DNA of 35,587 nucleotides from Pseudothermotoga sp. (GTDB lineage Bacteria; Thermotogota; Thermotogae; Thermotogales; DSM-5069): positions 1 to 35,587 of the forward strand of contig JBEPZZ010000013.1 of assembly GCA_041640575.1 (NCBI GenBank), given 5' to 3'. Under the pieces are notes generated by a model that was given only the letters and a program-made list of their open reading frames with translations, ran no database searches and was not told the origin of the DNA. Numbering within the stretch: position 1 is the first letter of the stretch; each line of letters opens with the position of its first letter. Shown piece after piece: positions 1 through 9,686 of the stretch. The position numbers were made by a program, and so were the translations under genes.

Positions 1-1016
1 AAAATCGCCTCCAATTTATCAAGAATAGCATCAAGTGAATTCTCGTCAAATGGATTGAAAACGGCGAATCCTCTATGCGAATAAGAATCATCCAAACTGG
101 AGATTCCAAGAATCTCCGTCTGAACGAATCGCTTCAACAGATCGATTTCAGCATCTATATCGGGCTTCAGTGGGATCTCTGGAAACAACTGGAAACAAGT
201 TCTTGTTGAATCGTGAGAAACAACAGCAAATTGTGGCATACTTCCATAAATCAGCCCTAAAGTAACTTGACCATATGCAAGATGACGAAGAGCAGCTTGA
301 CCTTCAATAAAAATTATTTTCTTTCCTTCGCTCTCAAGCTTCAATATGAGGTCCTCAACGATACCAGGTATAAAATCTGAAACAACGGCATCTATAGCTA
401 CCCCATCATCAGCACCAATCATTATTCCCGTCTGACCTGTCGCCAAAAATCCAGCAGGTAATCCTCTGCTTAAGGCCCTTTCCCAAAGCTGAACACACGT
501 GGTTCTTTTCCCACAGGCACAGTCCGTTCCCAGGCATGCAACTCTGAGCGTTTTTGAAGAAAAAATCCTCCCTGAGAATATCTTAGGCTCTCCTTGATAT
601 TTCCGAACATCCACAATTCTTACCCCACAAGCCTTCGCCGTAGAGTGGAATGGATCGGTTTCAGATAGTTTCAAATGCAATCCAGAGACAACATCTAAAC
701 CTGATCTCATTGCTTCAAGAATGATGTTGACCATTTCATTTGGAAGAACTCCACCAGTTGTAGCAACTCCAACGATAAGCACCTTGGAGCCTAATTTCAC
801 AGCATCATTAACAGAACCAACAATAGGAACATTAAAGCGTGCAAACGGCACGTAATTGTCAACACTTCCACTGAGTTTGTCAATGACACAAACTGGGCGA
901 AACACCCTGCTATGTCTAAGTAATCCATGTGCAGTCTTCGCAAGTGGTGAGGTAAGCTGGCCCCACGTAAGCACTGCTGCAGGTGTCCCAGTGTTGAAGT
1001 AATCTGTGATCTTCAA
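1..1016 (-). CDS. DUF1611 domain-containing P-loop protein (3' end runs off the window)
   Basis: Not in the ORF track; translated by hand. TTG start at 1016 with SD GGGAGGG at 1030-1024. MKITDYFNTGTPAAVLTWGQLTSPLAKTAHGLLRHS...LGTDCACGKRTT...ATGQTGIMIG...IFIEGQAAL...GSMPQFAVVSHDSTR are DUF1611 motifs. No stop in the segments read, including the last codons before position 1. Confidence 0.88.
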   Translation of the reverse strand, partial: MKITDYFNTGTPAAVLTWGQLTSPLAKTAHGLLRHSRVFRPVCVIDKLSGSVDNYVPFARFNVPIVGSVNDAVKLGSKVLIVGVATTGGVLPNEMVNIILEAMRSGLDVVSGLHLKLSETDPFHSTAKACGVRIVDVRKYQGEPKIFSGRIFSSKTLRVACLGTDCACGKRTTCVQLWERALSRGLPAGFLATGQTGIMIGADDGVAIDAVVSDFIPGIVEDLILKLESEGKKIIFIEGQAALRHLAYGQVTLGLIYGSMPQFAVVSHDSTRTCFQLFPEIPLKPDIDAEIDLLKRFVQTEILGISSLDDSYSHRGFAVFNPFDENSLDAILDKLEAI

Positions 1017-1049
1017 TTTCAATCCCTCCCAAGGTTACCATCTTTTTGA

Positions 1050-1055
1050 ATTATA
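1050..1055 (-). promoter_or_regulatory. Putative -10 element (TATAAT) for the DUF1611 gene
   Basis: ATTATA on plus = TATAAT on minus, about 20 nt upstream of the SD. No convincing -35. Confidence 0.45.
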
Positions 1056-1214
1056 ATCCATCAAACTTGCACCACGAAAATGTAATAACGTGTTTATGGA
1101 ATGCATTGCTGCGACTTTGCCAACCAGATTTACGAGACAGTTTAAAACGAGTTTTTCTTGCAAGGTATGGTTTTTAAGGCTTTTTCAATAATCGAAGCCA
1201 AGCAATTAACTGAA

Positions 1215-1223
1215 TGATATAAT
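1215..1223 (+). promoter_or_regulatory. Putative extended -10 promoter (TGnTATAAT) for the uridine kinase string
   Basis: TGATATAAT at 1215-1223, followed by SD GGAGGTG (1238-1244) and ATG at 1253. Confidence 0.6.
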
Positions 1224-1252
1224 CATATTGCTACTTGGAGGTGAACCACAGT

Positions 1253-2926
1253 ATGGAAAATCTGGTTTTAAAAATAAGGAATACCGGTGAAACCATCACT
1301 TTAGCCCGTGGAGAAAAGCTCATAGACCATATTCCTGAGCGATTCAAAAATTCTTCAAATCCTGTTGTGGCAGCTCGTGTTGGAAAGAGTATCTTGGAAC
1401 TGACTAAACCAGTTGAAAGAGGAGGGGAACTTGAGTTCATTGACCTCTCCTCAATAGATGGCTTGAGAATATACCAACGTGGAATTCTTTTTCTACTTAA
1501 TATGGTGATGAAAGAGTTTTATCCAGAATGTCAACTCTGGGTTTTACATTCACTTGATAATGCCTTGTACTGCGAGCTTAGAAGCAACGGTAATACCATT
1601 TCTTTGACTAAAGAAATGCTGGAAAAAATTTCAGCTAGAATGAAGGAATATGTCATTCGCGATCTTCCGTTTGAAAAATTCGAATTTTATAAAGACGAAG
1701 CTTTTGAGATTCTCAAACGACAAGGTGAGGAGGATCGTGCTAGACTATTCAAATTCCGAAAGAAGAAAACAGTGAAACTCTACAGGTGCAACAATTACTA
1801 CGATTATTATTACGGCTACATGGTGCCCAGTACGGGGTGCCTGAGACTGTTTGACTTACAGCCAAATGGTTATGGGTTTTTGCTCGTACTTCCTGATCAA
1901 AAAAATCCAACTCAATTGACACCACCTAGACCTCTTCCAAAATTATCTAGCGTATTTTTGGAACACGCTCGTTGGCTTGAAGTTATAGGTATCAGCACCG
2001 TGGCTGATTTAAATGAAATAATAGCCAAAGGAGAGCGTGAAGTAGTTGAACTGATGCTTTTAAATGAATCTCTTCATGAGAAAAGAATAGCTCAAATAGC
2101 AGAACAATTTGCCAACAGTTCAGCAAGAATAATTTTAATTGCAGGTCCATCTGCGTCAGGAAAAACAACCTTTGCAAAGCGACTTATGATTCAATTAAGG
2201 ACTTTGGGATTCCAGCCGGTCACAATTTCATTAGATGACTATTTCGTTGATCGTGAGTTTACACCAAAAGATGAACAGGGCAACTACGATTTTGAATCGA
2301 TTCAAGCTATTGATACCAAATTATTCAATGAGCAGCTGGCGTTACTGCTGGAAGGAAAAGAAGTTGAGCTTCCGAAGTTCGATTTCAAACTTGGAAAAAG
2401 AACATGGACCGGAAAGAAAATCAAACTCCACGGAAATCAGCCAATTGTTATTGAAGGCATTCACGGTTTAAATGAAGAACTGACAAAACCAATTGATAGA
2501 TCTTTGAAATTCAAAGTCTATGTGAGCGCTTTGACGCAGCTAAACTTGGATCCTCACAATAGGATCACAACAACGGATACAAGATTACTGAGAAGAATAG
2601 TCCGAGATTACAAGTTCAGGGGACATTCTGCTTTGGATACTCTAGGAATGTGGGCAAGCGTTAGAAGAGGAGAAGAAAGATACATCTTCCCATTTCAGGA
2701 AGAAGCAGATGCGATGTTTAATTCCGCCATAGTTTATGAACTTGCTGTTTTGAAAGTTTTTGCCGAGCAACTCTTGATCCAAGTGCAGCAGAATGAACCT
2801 CAGTATACAGAAGCACTTAGGTTAATGAAACTACTGGATTATTTTCTCCCCGTAACAAATATCGAAGATATACCAAGGACTTCTATACTTAGGGAATTCA
2901 TTGGAAGGAGCGTGTTCAAGTATTGA
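1253..2926 (+). CDS. udk: Uridine/nucleoside kinase with N-terminal ThrRS-like (TGS + SAD-like) domains
   Basis: C-terminal half has IAGPSASGKTT, ISLDDYF, IEGIHGLN and LRRIVRDYKFRG (uridine kinase/PRK family). N-terminal half resembles ThrRS N1/N2 (YYGYMVPSTG). Start placed at ATG 1253 by the SD. Confidence 0.85.
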   Translation: MENLVLKIRNTGETITLARGEKLIDHIPERFKNSSNPVVAARVGKSILELTKPVERGGELEFIDLSSIDGLRIYQRGILFLLNMVMKEFYPECQLWVLHSLDNALYCELRSNGNTISLTKEMLEKISARMKEYVIRDLPFEKFEFYKDEAFEILKRQGEEDRARLFKFRKKKTVKLYRCNNYYDYYYGYMVPSTGCLRLFDLQPNGYGFLLVLPDQKNPTQLTPPRPLPKLSSVFLEHARWLEVIGISTVADLNEIIAKGEREVVELMLLNESLHEKRIAQIAEQFANSSARIILIAGPSASGKTTFAKRLMIQLRTLGFQPVTISLDDYFVDREFTPKDEQGNYDFESIQAIDTKLFNEQLALLLEGKEVELPKFDFKLGKRTWTGKKIKLHGNQPIVIEGIHGLNEELTKPIDRSLKFKVYVSALTQLNLDPHNRITTTDTRLLRRIVRDYKFRGHSALDTLGMWASVRRGEERYIFPFQEEADAMFNSAIVYELAVLKVFAEQLLIQVQQNEPQYTEALRLMKLLDYFLPVTNIEDIPRTSILREFIGRSVFKY

Positions 2927-3861
2927 AAGGAAAGCGATTATCAGTTCTTTTTATTATCTTGTTGCTAGCTCAGATTTATTTACCTTATCAAGTATATCTT
3001 GGCACAAAAGTTATTTACTCAAGTACGAGTGAAACTAAATTGACATGGCAAAAATTTGTTGAAGTCCTTAAAAATTACATGAATTATCTTCGGTTACCAA
3101 CCCCTAAGGTTGGCTCAATTGGGGATTTTGAATACTTGGTTTGGAATAACCATGTGGTTGGTTTCTCAAAATCAACTGGTTTACTAAACCTTGACGGTGT
3201 TACGGAAAAGATTGATGAGATCCCTCTGGATAGAATTCTGATGGCTTTTGGAATACCTGTAACTTCCAATGGTCAAGATATATATCTTGTTGAAATGCTT
3301 GTATGGGACATATCGAGGACCGACGATGTAGTTGAGATAGCTTTTAATGGCGAAAACAAGCTTAAAATAATTGAAGAAAAAAGCAGGTTAAAAATTATCA
3401 GTACTGGATTCGTGGGATGGAACGAAAAATTTTTTGACATAGGTCAAGAACTATGGGGCGAATCCTTAAAACCTGGGTTCGAAATCCAACAAGTGAATGT
3501 TGCAGACGGATTGATAAAAGTCATTGTTGGAAAATCTATCGTGGTTACGCAAGAAATCCAAGTTTTAAATATGGATGAATGGCCAAAGGCTTCATCGGAT
3601 AAAATGTTGTTACTCTATGGCAATGGCGATGGGAGAATAGTAATAAGACCCTTCTCACCAGATTTCGATGGCTCTGATTGGTACACTTTCTCTCAAGTCA
3701 AAAAGCTCGCTAGTCAGTTATGTAAAGAATTCGGATTGAAACTTGAGGTTTGTCCCCTAATTTGTTTGCCCACAAATCAACCTGCTATCCTTGTTTTAGT
3801 TCAAGAAAAGGAGGTTTTGGAAAATATTCTGAAAAGACTGAAGGAGTTGCTCGAAGAATGA
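2923..3861 (+). CDS. Exported hypothetical protein, possibly a degenerate N-acetylmuramoyl-L-alanine amidase-like protein
   Basis: Signal-like N-terminus. C-terminus SQVKKLASQL...LPTNQPAILVLV resembles the Amidase_3 C-terminal segment (consensus PAVLVE) without the Glu. Overlaps udk by 4 bp. Confidence 0.55.
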   Translation: MKGKRLSVLFIILLLAQIYLPYQVYLGTKVIYSSTSETKLTWQKFVEVLKNYMNYLRLPTPKVGSIGDFEYLVWNNHVVGFSKSTGLLNLDGVTEKIDEIPLDRILMAFGIPVTSNGQDIYLVEMLVWDISRTDDVVEIAFNGENKLKIIEEKSRLKIISTGFVGWNEKFFDIGQELWGESLKPGFEIQQVNVADGLIKVIVGKSIVVTQEIQVLNMDEWPKASSDKMLLLYGNGDGRIVIRPFSPDFDGSDWYTFSQVKKLASQLCKEFGLKLEVCPLICLPTNQPAILVLVQEKEVLENILKRLKELLEE

Positions 3862-4325
3862 AGATACTCACAGTTTTCTTAGTTTTTATACTCTCTGTTT
3901 GCCTTTTAGCAAGGCAGATCAGAGTGACTTATTTTGGGGAGAATTTCAATCCTGCTTCTGTAACTGTTACTATAGGTAAGGACGACGATGTTCTAAGAAA
4001 GCTCTTTGAAAAATTGGCTACTCCTCCGAGTGGCCTCAAAACATTGGTTCCACAGAATATCTTGAACGCATACTTCTTTGTTGAAACTGCTTTGATTTTG
4101 GACTTGAAATCTTCTGGTGTGAGAACCTTCGATTTCGATCAAGAGAGATACTTTTTGCACCAGGTTTTGTTTAATATATTTGACAATTTTAAGACTTTAA
4201 CGCGTGTCTACATAATTATTGATGGAAAAAGAACAGAGGTTATGTCAAAATATGTTGATATACGCTACAGTTTTCCGAGAGAAATATGGTCTAACTGGCC
4301 GGTAGAGATCGTAGAGCGCGAGTAA
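3858..4325 (+). CDS. GerMN domain-containing exported protein
   Basis: ATGA overlap start at 3858 (MKILTVFLVF signal). LFEKLATPPSGLKTLVP...LILDL...ERYFLHQVLFNIFDNFKTLTRVYIIIDGK fits the GerMN pattern. Confidence 0.7.
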   Translation: MKILTVFLVFILSVCLLARQIRVTYFGENFNPASVTVTIGKDDDVLRKLFEKLATPPSGLKTLVPQNILNAYFFVETALILDLKSSGVRTFDFDQERYFLHQVLFNIFDNFKTLTRVYIIIDGKRTEVMSKYVDIRYSFPREIWSNWPVEIVERE

Positions 4326-4341
4326 GCTAACGAGGTGGAAC

Positions 4342-5121
4342 ATGGAGAGAGGAATCATAAAATTTGGCGATGCGGTCTTTGCTATTTTTGAGGATGAAAC
4401 TGAGTTTATCTTTACTGTTGATGGAAAGCAAATTGGAACACACAAGGGGTTGATAAAGACTGAAGAACTGATTGGAAAACCTTTTGGTTCGACCTTCCGG
4501 ACTCATAAGGACGAGAAATTCGTTGCGCTACGTCCCAGGTTTGTTGACGAAATCTTTCACATGAAGAGAAAAACGCAAATAGTATACCCAAAAGACATAG
4601 GTTATATTCTTTTAATGCTCGATATTAAGGAAGGTGACAGAGTCATAGATGCGGGTATTGGGAGCGGCGTTATGTGTGCTGCGCTCGCAAGGATGGTCGG
4701 AGAGAAGGGAAAAGTCTTTGCTTATGAAAAAAGAGAAGAGTTTCTGAAGCTAGCTCAGAAAAACCTTTAAAAATGGAAGTTAAGCGACAGGATCGTTTTC
4801 AAATTAAAGGATATAGCTGAGGGATTTGACGAAATTGTAGATGCGATATTCCTGGACGTACCTGATCCATGGAACTATATTCATCAGTGTTATAACAGTT
4901 TGATAGGATCTGGAAACCTAGCAATAGTCTGCCCGACGACAAATCAAGTGCAAGCTGTTATCGAAGAACTGCAAAGAAGCAGTTTTTCTCAAATTGAGGT
5001 CTGGGAGAATCTTTTTAGACAGTATAAACCAAATCCTGAACGCCTACGTCCGTTTGATCGAATGGTTGCTCATACGACCTACATGATTTTTGCTAGGAAA
5101 AAAGTTCTTGGGGAGGGATGA
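4342..5121 (+). pseudogene. trmI: tRNA (adenine(58)-N1)-methyltransferase TrmI, interrupted by an in-frame TAA at 4768-4770
   Basis: RKTQIVYPKD and DAGIGSG motifs precede the stop. The same frame continues KWKLSDRIVFKLKDIAEGFDEIVDAIFLDVPDPW...PTTNQV...LRPFDRMVAHTTYMIFARK to TGA at 5121. Could be a real nonsense allele or a sequence error. Confidence 0.85.
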
Positions 5122-6332
5122 CTGTGAAAAGAAAAAATCTTCTGGCGATAGTAATTGTCTCGGTAAGTGTGGTTATATCAAGCTGGCTTTTGTCAGCAGC
5201 GATAACAGCCAAAGATGTGAACAAAGCACTCGAACCGTTTTACCAAAGTTTGAGTTACATAATAAACGCCTACTATGAAAGGGACAAAATCGACCTGAAC
5301 CGTCTTATGGATTCGGCCATTGATGGTCTTGTTAAAGGACTTGGAGATGATTTTTCCTATTATGAGAATCCTGAGGGAGTTGAAGAAAAGCAAATAGAGA
5401 TGGAAGGTGAATACGGAGGTTTAGGAATCGAAGTAACTTATGACAATGAATACAAAGCAGTAAAAGTCGTTGCCCCAATGTATGGTACACCAGCCTGGAA
5501 AGCTGGTTTACAAGCAGGAGATCTCATAGTCGCAATTGATGACCAACCTGTGAGCGAAATGACTTACATGGAGGCAGTGAGAAAGCTGAGGGGAAAACCA
5601 GGTACAACTGTTACAATAAAAGTTTTAAGAAAGGGTGAAACCGAGCTGCTTATTTTCCAAATCGTCCGAGAAGTAATCCAAATAATTCCCGTTAAGTACT
5701 CATTTATTAAAACAGTTGAAGGTAGCATTGGATATTTGATGATTACCAGATTTAGTGCTAAAACATATGAAGAAACGAATCAAGCACTCGATGAACTGTT
5801 TTCGAAAGGCATCAAAGGCTTGATCATTGATCTTAGAAATAACCCTGGAGGATATTTTAACAGCGTTATAGATGTCGCTAGTTTGTTTATTGATAAGGGA
5901 ATAATTGTTAAAACAAGGAATGCTTACGGAGTGGAAGAAGTTTATGAATCGACTGGTAACAACTATCCAAATGTTCCAATCGTAGTACTTGTGAACAATG
6001 GATCAGCTTCGGCTTCTGAGATTCTTACCGCGGCTCTTATGGAAAATGGTATTGCCAAAGTAGTAGGTAAAAAGACTTTTGGGAAGGGATCTGTGCAAAC
6101 AGCGTTTCCATTGTCCAACGGTGGGACGCTTTATTTGACTACAGCACGTTACTTGACCCCAAAAGGCAACAACATTCATCGGATAGGAATAGAACCGCAT
6201 ATCCACATAGATGTAGCCGAGGTAAGGCGTGAATTAGCGGCAGTTGACTACACAAAAAGAGTCGTCGAAGTTGATATGTCTGATGAATACGTTGTGAAAG
6301 GTCTGGAGGTTCTTCTGGAGATGATGAAATGA
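5118..6332 (+). CDS. ctpA: Carboxyl-terminal processing protease (S41A, PDZ domain)
   Basis: YGGLGIEV (PDZ), IIDLRNNPGG, SASASE and TFGKGSVQ motifs; N-terminal anchor. Confidence 0.95.
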   Translation: MTVKRKNLLAIVIVSVSVVISSWLLSAAITAKDVNKALEPFYQSLSYIINAYYERDKIDLNRLMDSAIDGLVKGLGDDFSYYENPEGVEEKQIEMEGEYGGLGIEVTYDNEYKAVKVVAPMYGTPAWKAGLQAGDLIVAIDDQPVSEMTYMEAVRKLRGKPGTTVTIKVLRKGETELLIFQIVREVIQIIPVKYSFIKTVEGSIGYLMITRFSAKTYEETNQALDELFSKGIKGLIIDLRNNPGGYFNSVIDVASLFIDKGIIVKTRNAYGVEEVYESTGNNYPNVPIVVLVNNGSASASEILTAALMENGIAKVVGKKTFGKGSVQTAFPLSNGGTLYLTTARYLTPKGNNIHRIGIEPHIHIDVAEVRRELAAVDYTKRVVEVDMSDEYVVKGLEVLLEMMK

Positions 6333-6922
6333 CGCCTACGGGAATGGCTGTGTTTATCTTCGTTCTCTGTTTAATTGTTGGTTTAATTTTTTTGGGCCTG
6401 GCACAAGGTAGTACAACACTTATCATCATACAGCCATTCCCACGAGTGCATTTGGTTTCGCCCTTGAGGAGCACACTCACTCAACTAAAAGAAGAAGCAG
6501 AGCAACTGATTTTTTACGGAAGATTGTTAAGATCTGGTCATAAAATATCCCTCAGTTCATTTGGGCAAAAAAGTGTCCTGGAAATTGATTCATTTAGGGG
6601 TTATCAGGAAATGAAGTCAAAGGTTGAATTACAATATGGGGTGAAACCGCCTGAAGAAGTTTTATACACCAAAATAGATGGGAAAAGCTTTGTATTACGA
6701 GCCTCATTTACTTATAAGAACAACATGGTTATCTACAGACCTCGTATTGTATTGAACGAAGGTGGACAACTTTTGAATAGTTATAATGACGTGGCTCAAG
6801 CAGTATGGACAGTTTTGAGTGGAGAGAGGGTTTTAGTTGCTGGAGCAGTGGAACCTCGTTACTTGGAAGCTATGAAAATGTTGGCGCAAAAATATTTTAT
6901 AGAAGTGGTGAATGAAAAATGA
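6329..6922 (+). CDS. Membrane-anchored hypothetical protein, possibly a degenerate divergent polysaccharide deacetylase (YibQ-like)
   Basis: N-terminal TM helix. The C-terminus RIVLNE...VAQAV...RVLVAGAVEPRYLEAMK...IEVV parallels the YibQ C-terminus. Position directly after ctpA is typical of YibQ homologs. No DD, HxPM or NNH ligands. Confidence 0.45.
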   Translation: MTPTGMAVFIFVLCLIVGLIFLGLAQGSTTLIIIQPFPRVHLVSPLRSTLTQLKEEAEQLIFYGRLLRSGHKISLSSFGQKSVLEIDSFRGYQEMKSKVELQYGVKPPEEVLYTKIDGKSFVLRASFTYKNNMVIYRPRIVLNEGGQLLNSYNDVAQAVWTVLSGERVLVAGAVEPRYLEAMKMLAQKYFIEVVNEK

Positions 6923-7371
6923 AGTTCTTTTTGCTATTTTTCTCACGAAGGGCAGTTGAAAAGACATCTGATTGGTGGACTGTTTTTCTTCCTTTCATCC
7001 TTGCAAGTACTATCTGGTTCGGACTATTTGACAAGATTAGTTTCTTTGTGCTTAATACCAACAGATTAGTCAAGTTTCTAGAATTCAATCTTCTTATTTT
7101 CTTTTATATTCTGGGTTTGTGTGGAGCTGCAATGGTATTCGAAAAAGACAAAAGAAAGGTATTGCAGATCCCTTTGTATTTCTTGCCTTACATATTTTTA
7201 CCCTTGTATACGCGAATATTGGACTTTTTTGCGATGCCAGTTTTCTGGGCATTTGAGATCTGCTTTTTGCACAGCATGATCATTTCTCTGAGTGAGTATG
7301 GTTTGTATTTCACGATATTTAGGGTAGTCGGAAACTTGTCAGCTACGTTGGTGGTGAGAGATTGGCTTTGA
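6919..7371 (+). CDS. Small integral membrane protein (about 4 TM), unknown function
   Basis: Very hydrophobic 150 aa ORF; ATGA overlap with the upstream gene. Confidence 0.7.
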   Translation: MKFFLLFFSRRAVEKTSDWWTVFLPFILASTIWFGLFDKISFFVLNTNRLVKFLEFNLLIFFYILGLCGAAMVFEKDKRKVLQIPLYFLPYIFLPLYTRILDFFAMPVFWAFEICFLHSMIISLSEYGLYFTIFRVVGNLSATLVVRDWL

Positions 7372-9686
7372 GTAGAATTGTTGTCAAGTACCGGTATGCC
7401 ATAGTTATCGTTTTTTTAACTCTAACATTACTTTTTGGATACTTGGCATTCACAAAATTGTTTGTGAATTCAAATTTGGCTAACTTAGCACCTGAAGGTG
7501 ATAATAGCTACGCAGATCAACTTGCGTTCTTAAGTGACAAGTTGTCTTCGAACGTCTTAGTGGTAGTTGCATATACCAATAACAACTTAGAAAACGCAAA
7601 GAAAGCACTTGCAGAATTAAAAGACCTTTTTGAATCAAGCGGTTACATTCTCGAAACAATGAAAATTGATGATCCAGAAATTTTTGTCAAATACGGTTTT
7701 CTTGCCTTTGAATCTAAGGAATTTGACAACTTGTCCACAATCTTCAATTCTTCACTTAGCAATTTTCTGGACTTTGCTGAATGGAGAAAATTAGTTACCT
7801 CAGCTTCAGTTGTTTACTCTCTGATATCTGAATATGCAAAAAGGTCTGGTATAGAAAGATACATTCTGATCTCACCAGATCAGCGTGTGGCACTGATTAA
7901 TTTTGTCATGAAGGATAATTTTGTAGATGTAAAGAGGGTGAACAAAGCTATTTCTGAACTGAGAAAAATCGCTTCGCAAGTTGAACAGCGTTGGTCAATC
8001 AAATTCTTATTTACTGGTACACCAGTTGGCGTTTATGAATCCAACCAGCAAGTGAGTAAAGATTTCATGCTTACAACTTTAGTGGCACTCGCAGGGATAT
8101 GCATTGTAATCTTCATAAGTTTTGGAAGTTTGACAATACTGTTTCTTCTACTGATGTCAATGATAATAGGCATGTGTATAACTCTTGGGATTGTCAATCT
8201 AGTGCTCGGTGAGATAAACATTGTGACCTCCTTTGTGAACGCTATGATACTCGGTCTAGGAATTGATTATGGGATTTACATTGTCTCGAGAATAGCATTC
8301 CTCTCAAAAAACAACAAGGTAGACGAGAATATTGTCACGATGGCGATCACAGAATTAGCGAAGCCATCTTCTATAGCACTCTTGACGACTGTGGGAGCGT
8401 TCAGTTCCATGTTTCTAGGACTGTCCAAACCCTTCATGCAAATGGGTGTTTTTGCCATCTTTGGAATGGTGATTTTTTACCTTACCATGATGATGTTCCT
8501 ACCAGCACTCGTTTTGGTATTGAGACCGGTTTTGAGAGAGCGAGCCCTTCGGGTATTCAATATTATTCAAAGGAAAAATTTCAAAAGTGTTTTCAAAACA
8601 TCTGTTTTGGTATTTGTGATCACTCTTGTGCCTCTGGGGCTGCATAATCTGACAAATTATTGGTACACCCCATCCGGTTTAATTTCCAACAAGGCAGAAT
8701 CGGCTATCGCATTTGATGAAGTAAAAAGAAGTTTTCAGAAGGTTGGGTTCGGTGAAATATGCTTGCTTGCAGACGATTTGGAAGAGCTGAAAAGAATTCG
8801 GGACCTAGTGAAAAAGTCAGGTTTTCTAACAGATCCTTTTTCAGTCTTAAATATACTTGAACTCGCCACACAAGAAACTATTCAAGATTTTCCAAAGATT
8901 TACGGTCAGGTGTTCCAAATTGTGAATAACCCAATATTGATGGGGATTTTCCACCGTATTGGTATGTATCCGCAGGTACTTGAAATGTTTAGAGTCGTAA
9001 AAGATGCAAGAAGTATTCAAGACGTAATAAATGAATTAAAAAAGGACGTGCCAATGTTTTTCTACGAAAAAGATGGAAAGTTGTCTTTTGTAATTTACAC
9101 TGATGGAATCGAGGACATTTACAAAAATAATCGTCTTAAGACTGTGTTCAATTATTTTGAAAGAAACCACATCAAGGCTTATGGGTACCCAGCTATCCTT
9201 TATAAAGTTATGAAGGACATGAGAAACACTATTTACCTTTTGGGTTTGCTAGTGTTTGCAGGTGTTTTCGGAACTGTGGTTTTAACCTTGCGATCGTTAA
9301 GAAAAGGTGTTATTATTCTTGCTTTGTTGGTTTTATCTATCTTCATGGCCTTTGGTATTGGAAGACTGGCTGGGATCCGTGCCTCATTTCTGACCTTGCT
9401 GATACTTCCAATTTTGGCTGGAATAGGTGTTGATGGATTTGTCCATATAATTTTTGCAATGGAAGAGAAAGACAGAATGGTGATATCAAAAACGCTTCAA
9501 TCAATCACGTCCTCTTCCTTAACAACAATAGTTGCTTTTGGAAGCTTTGCCCTAGCTCAGGGTCGTTTGCTGAGAGAATTTGGTATATTAATGTCTGTTG
9601 GAATGTTTGTCACTTGGATAATGATTTTGTATCTAGCGTCGTTTTTTAAAGGAGGATTATCCAATGAAAATAGCGATGTTAACTGA
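7362..9686 (+). CDS. MMPL/RND-superfamily lipid transporter (HpnN/MmpL-like)
   Basis: Two-repeat topology (1 TM + large loop + 5 TM, twice); GLGIDYGIY and GIGVDGFVH motifs; FTGTPV and GYPAIL loop ends. Confidence 0.88.
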   Translation: MALSRIVVKYRYAIVIVFLTLTLLFGYLAFTKLFVNSNLANLAPEGDNSYADQLAFLSDKLSSNVLVVVAYTNNNLENAKKALAELKDLFESSGYILETMKIDDPEIFVKYGFLAFESKEFDNLSTIFNSSLSNFLDFAEWRKLVTSASVVYSLISEYAKRSGIERYILISPDQRVALINFVMKDNFVDVKRVNKAISELRKIASQVEQRWSIKFLFTGTPVGVYESNQQVSKDFMLTTLVALAGICIVIFISFGSLTILFLLLMSMIIGMCITLGIVNLVLGEINIVTSFVNAMILGLGIDYGIYIVSRIAFLSKNNKVDENIVTMAITELAKPSSIALLTTVGAFSSMFLGLSKPFMQMGVFAIFGMVIFYLTMMMFLPALVLVLRPVLRERALRVFNIIQRKNFKSVFKTSVLVFVITLVPLGLHNLTNYWYTPSGLISNKAESAIAFDEVKRSFQKVGFGEICLLADDLEELKRIRDLVKKSGFLTDPFSVLNILELATQETIQDFPKIYGQVFQIVNNPILMGIFHRIGMYPQVLEMFRVVKDARSIQDVINELKKDVPMFFYEKDGKLSFVIYTDGIEDIYKNNRLKTVFNYFERNHIKAYGYPAILYKVMKDMRNTIYLLGLLVFAGVFGTVVLTLRSLRKGVIILALLVLSIFMAFGIGRLAGIRASFLTLLILPILAGIGVDGFVHIIFAMEEKDRMVISKTLQSITSSSLTTIVAFGSFALAQGRLLREFGILMSVGMFVTWIMILYLASFFKGGLSNENSDVN

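Noticed and set aside
179..198. 10-bp tandem duplication CTGGAAACAA x2
   Set aside because: It lies inside the DUF1611 CDS and the frame stays open and homolog-like (RTCFQLFPEIP); likely chance.
1031..1230. Largest intergenic gap, considered as a riboswitch or sRNA
   Set aside because: No convincing stems or recognisable motif; adequately explained by divergent promoters.
4768..4770. Possible Sec/Pyl recoding of the trmI stop
   Set aside because: The codon is TAA, not TGA or TAG, and TAA ends many other genes in the window normally.
4900..5121. 73-aa ORF as an independent gene
   Set aside because: It is the in-frame C-terminal part of trmI.
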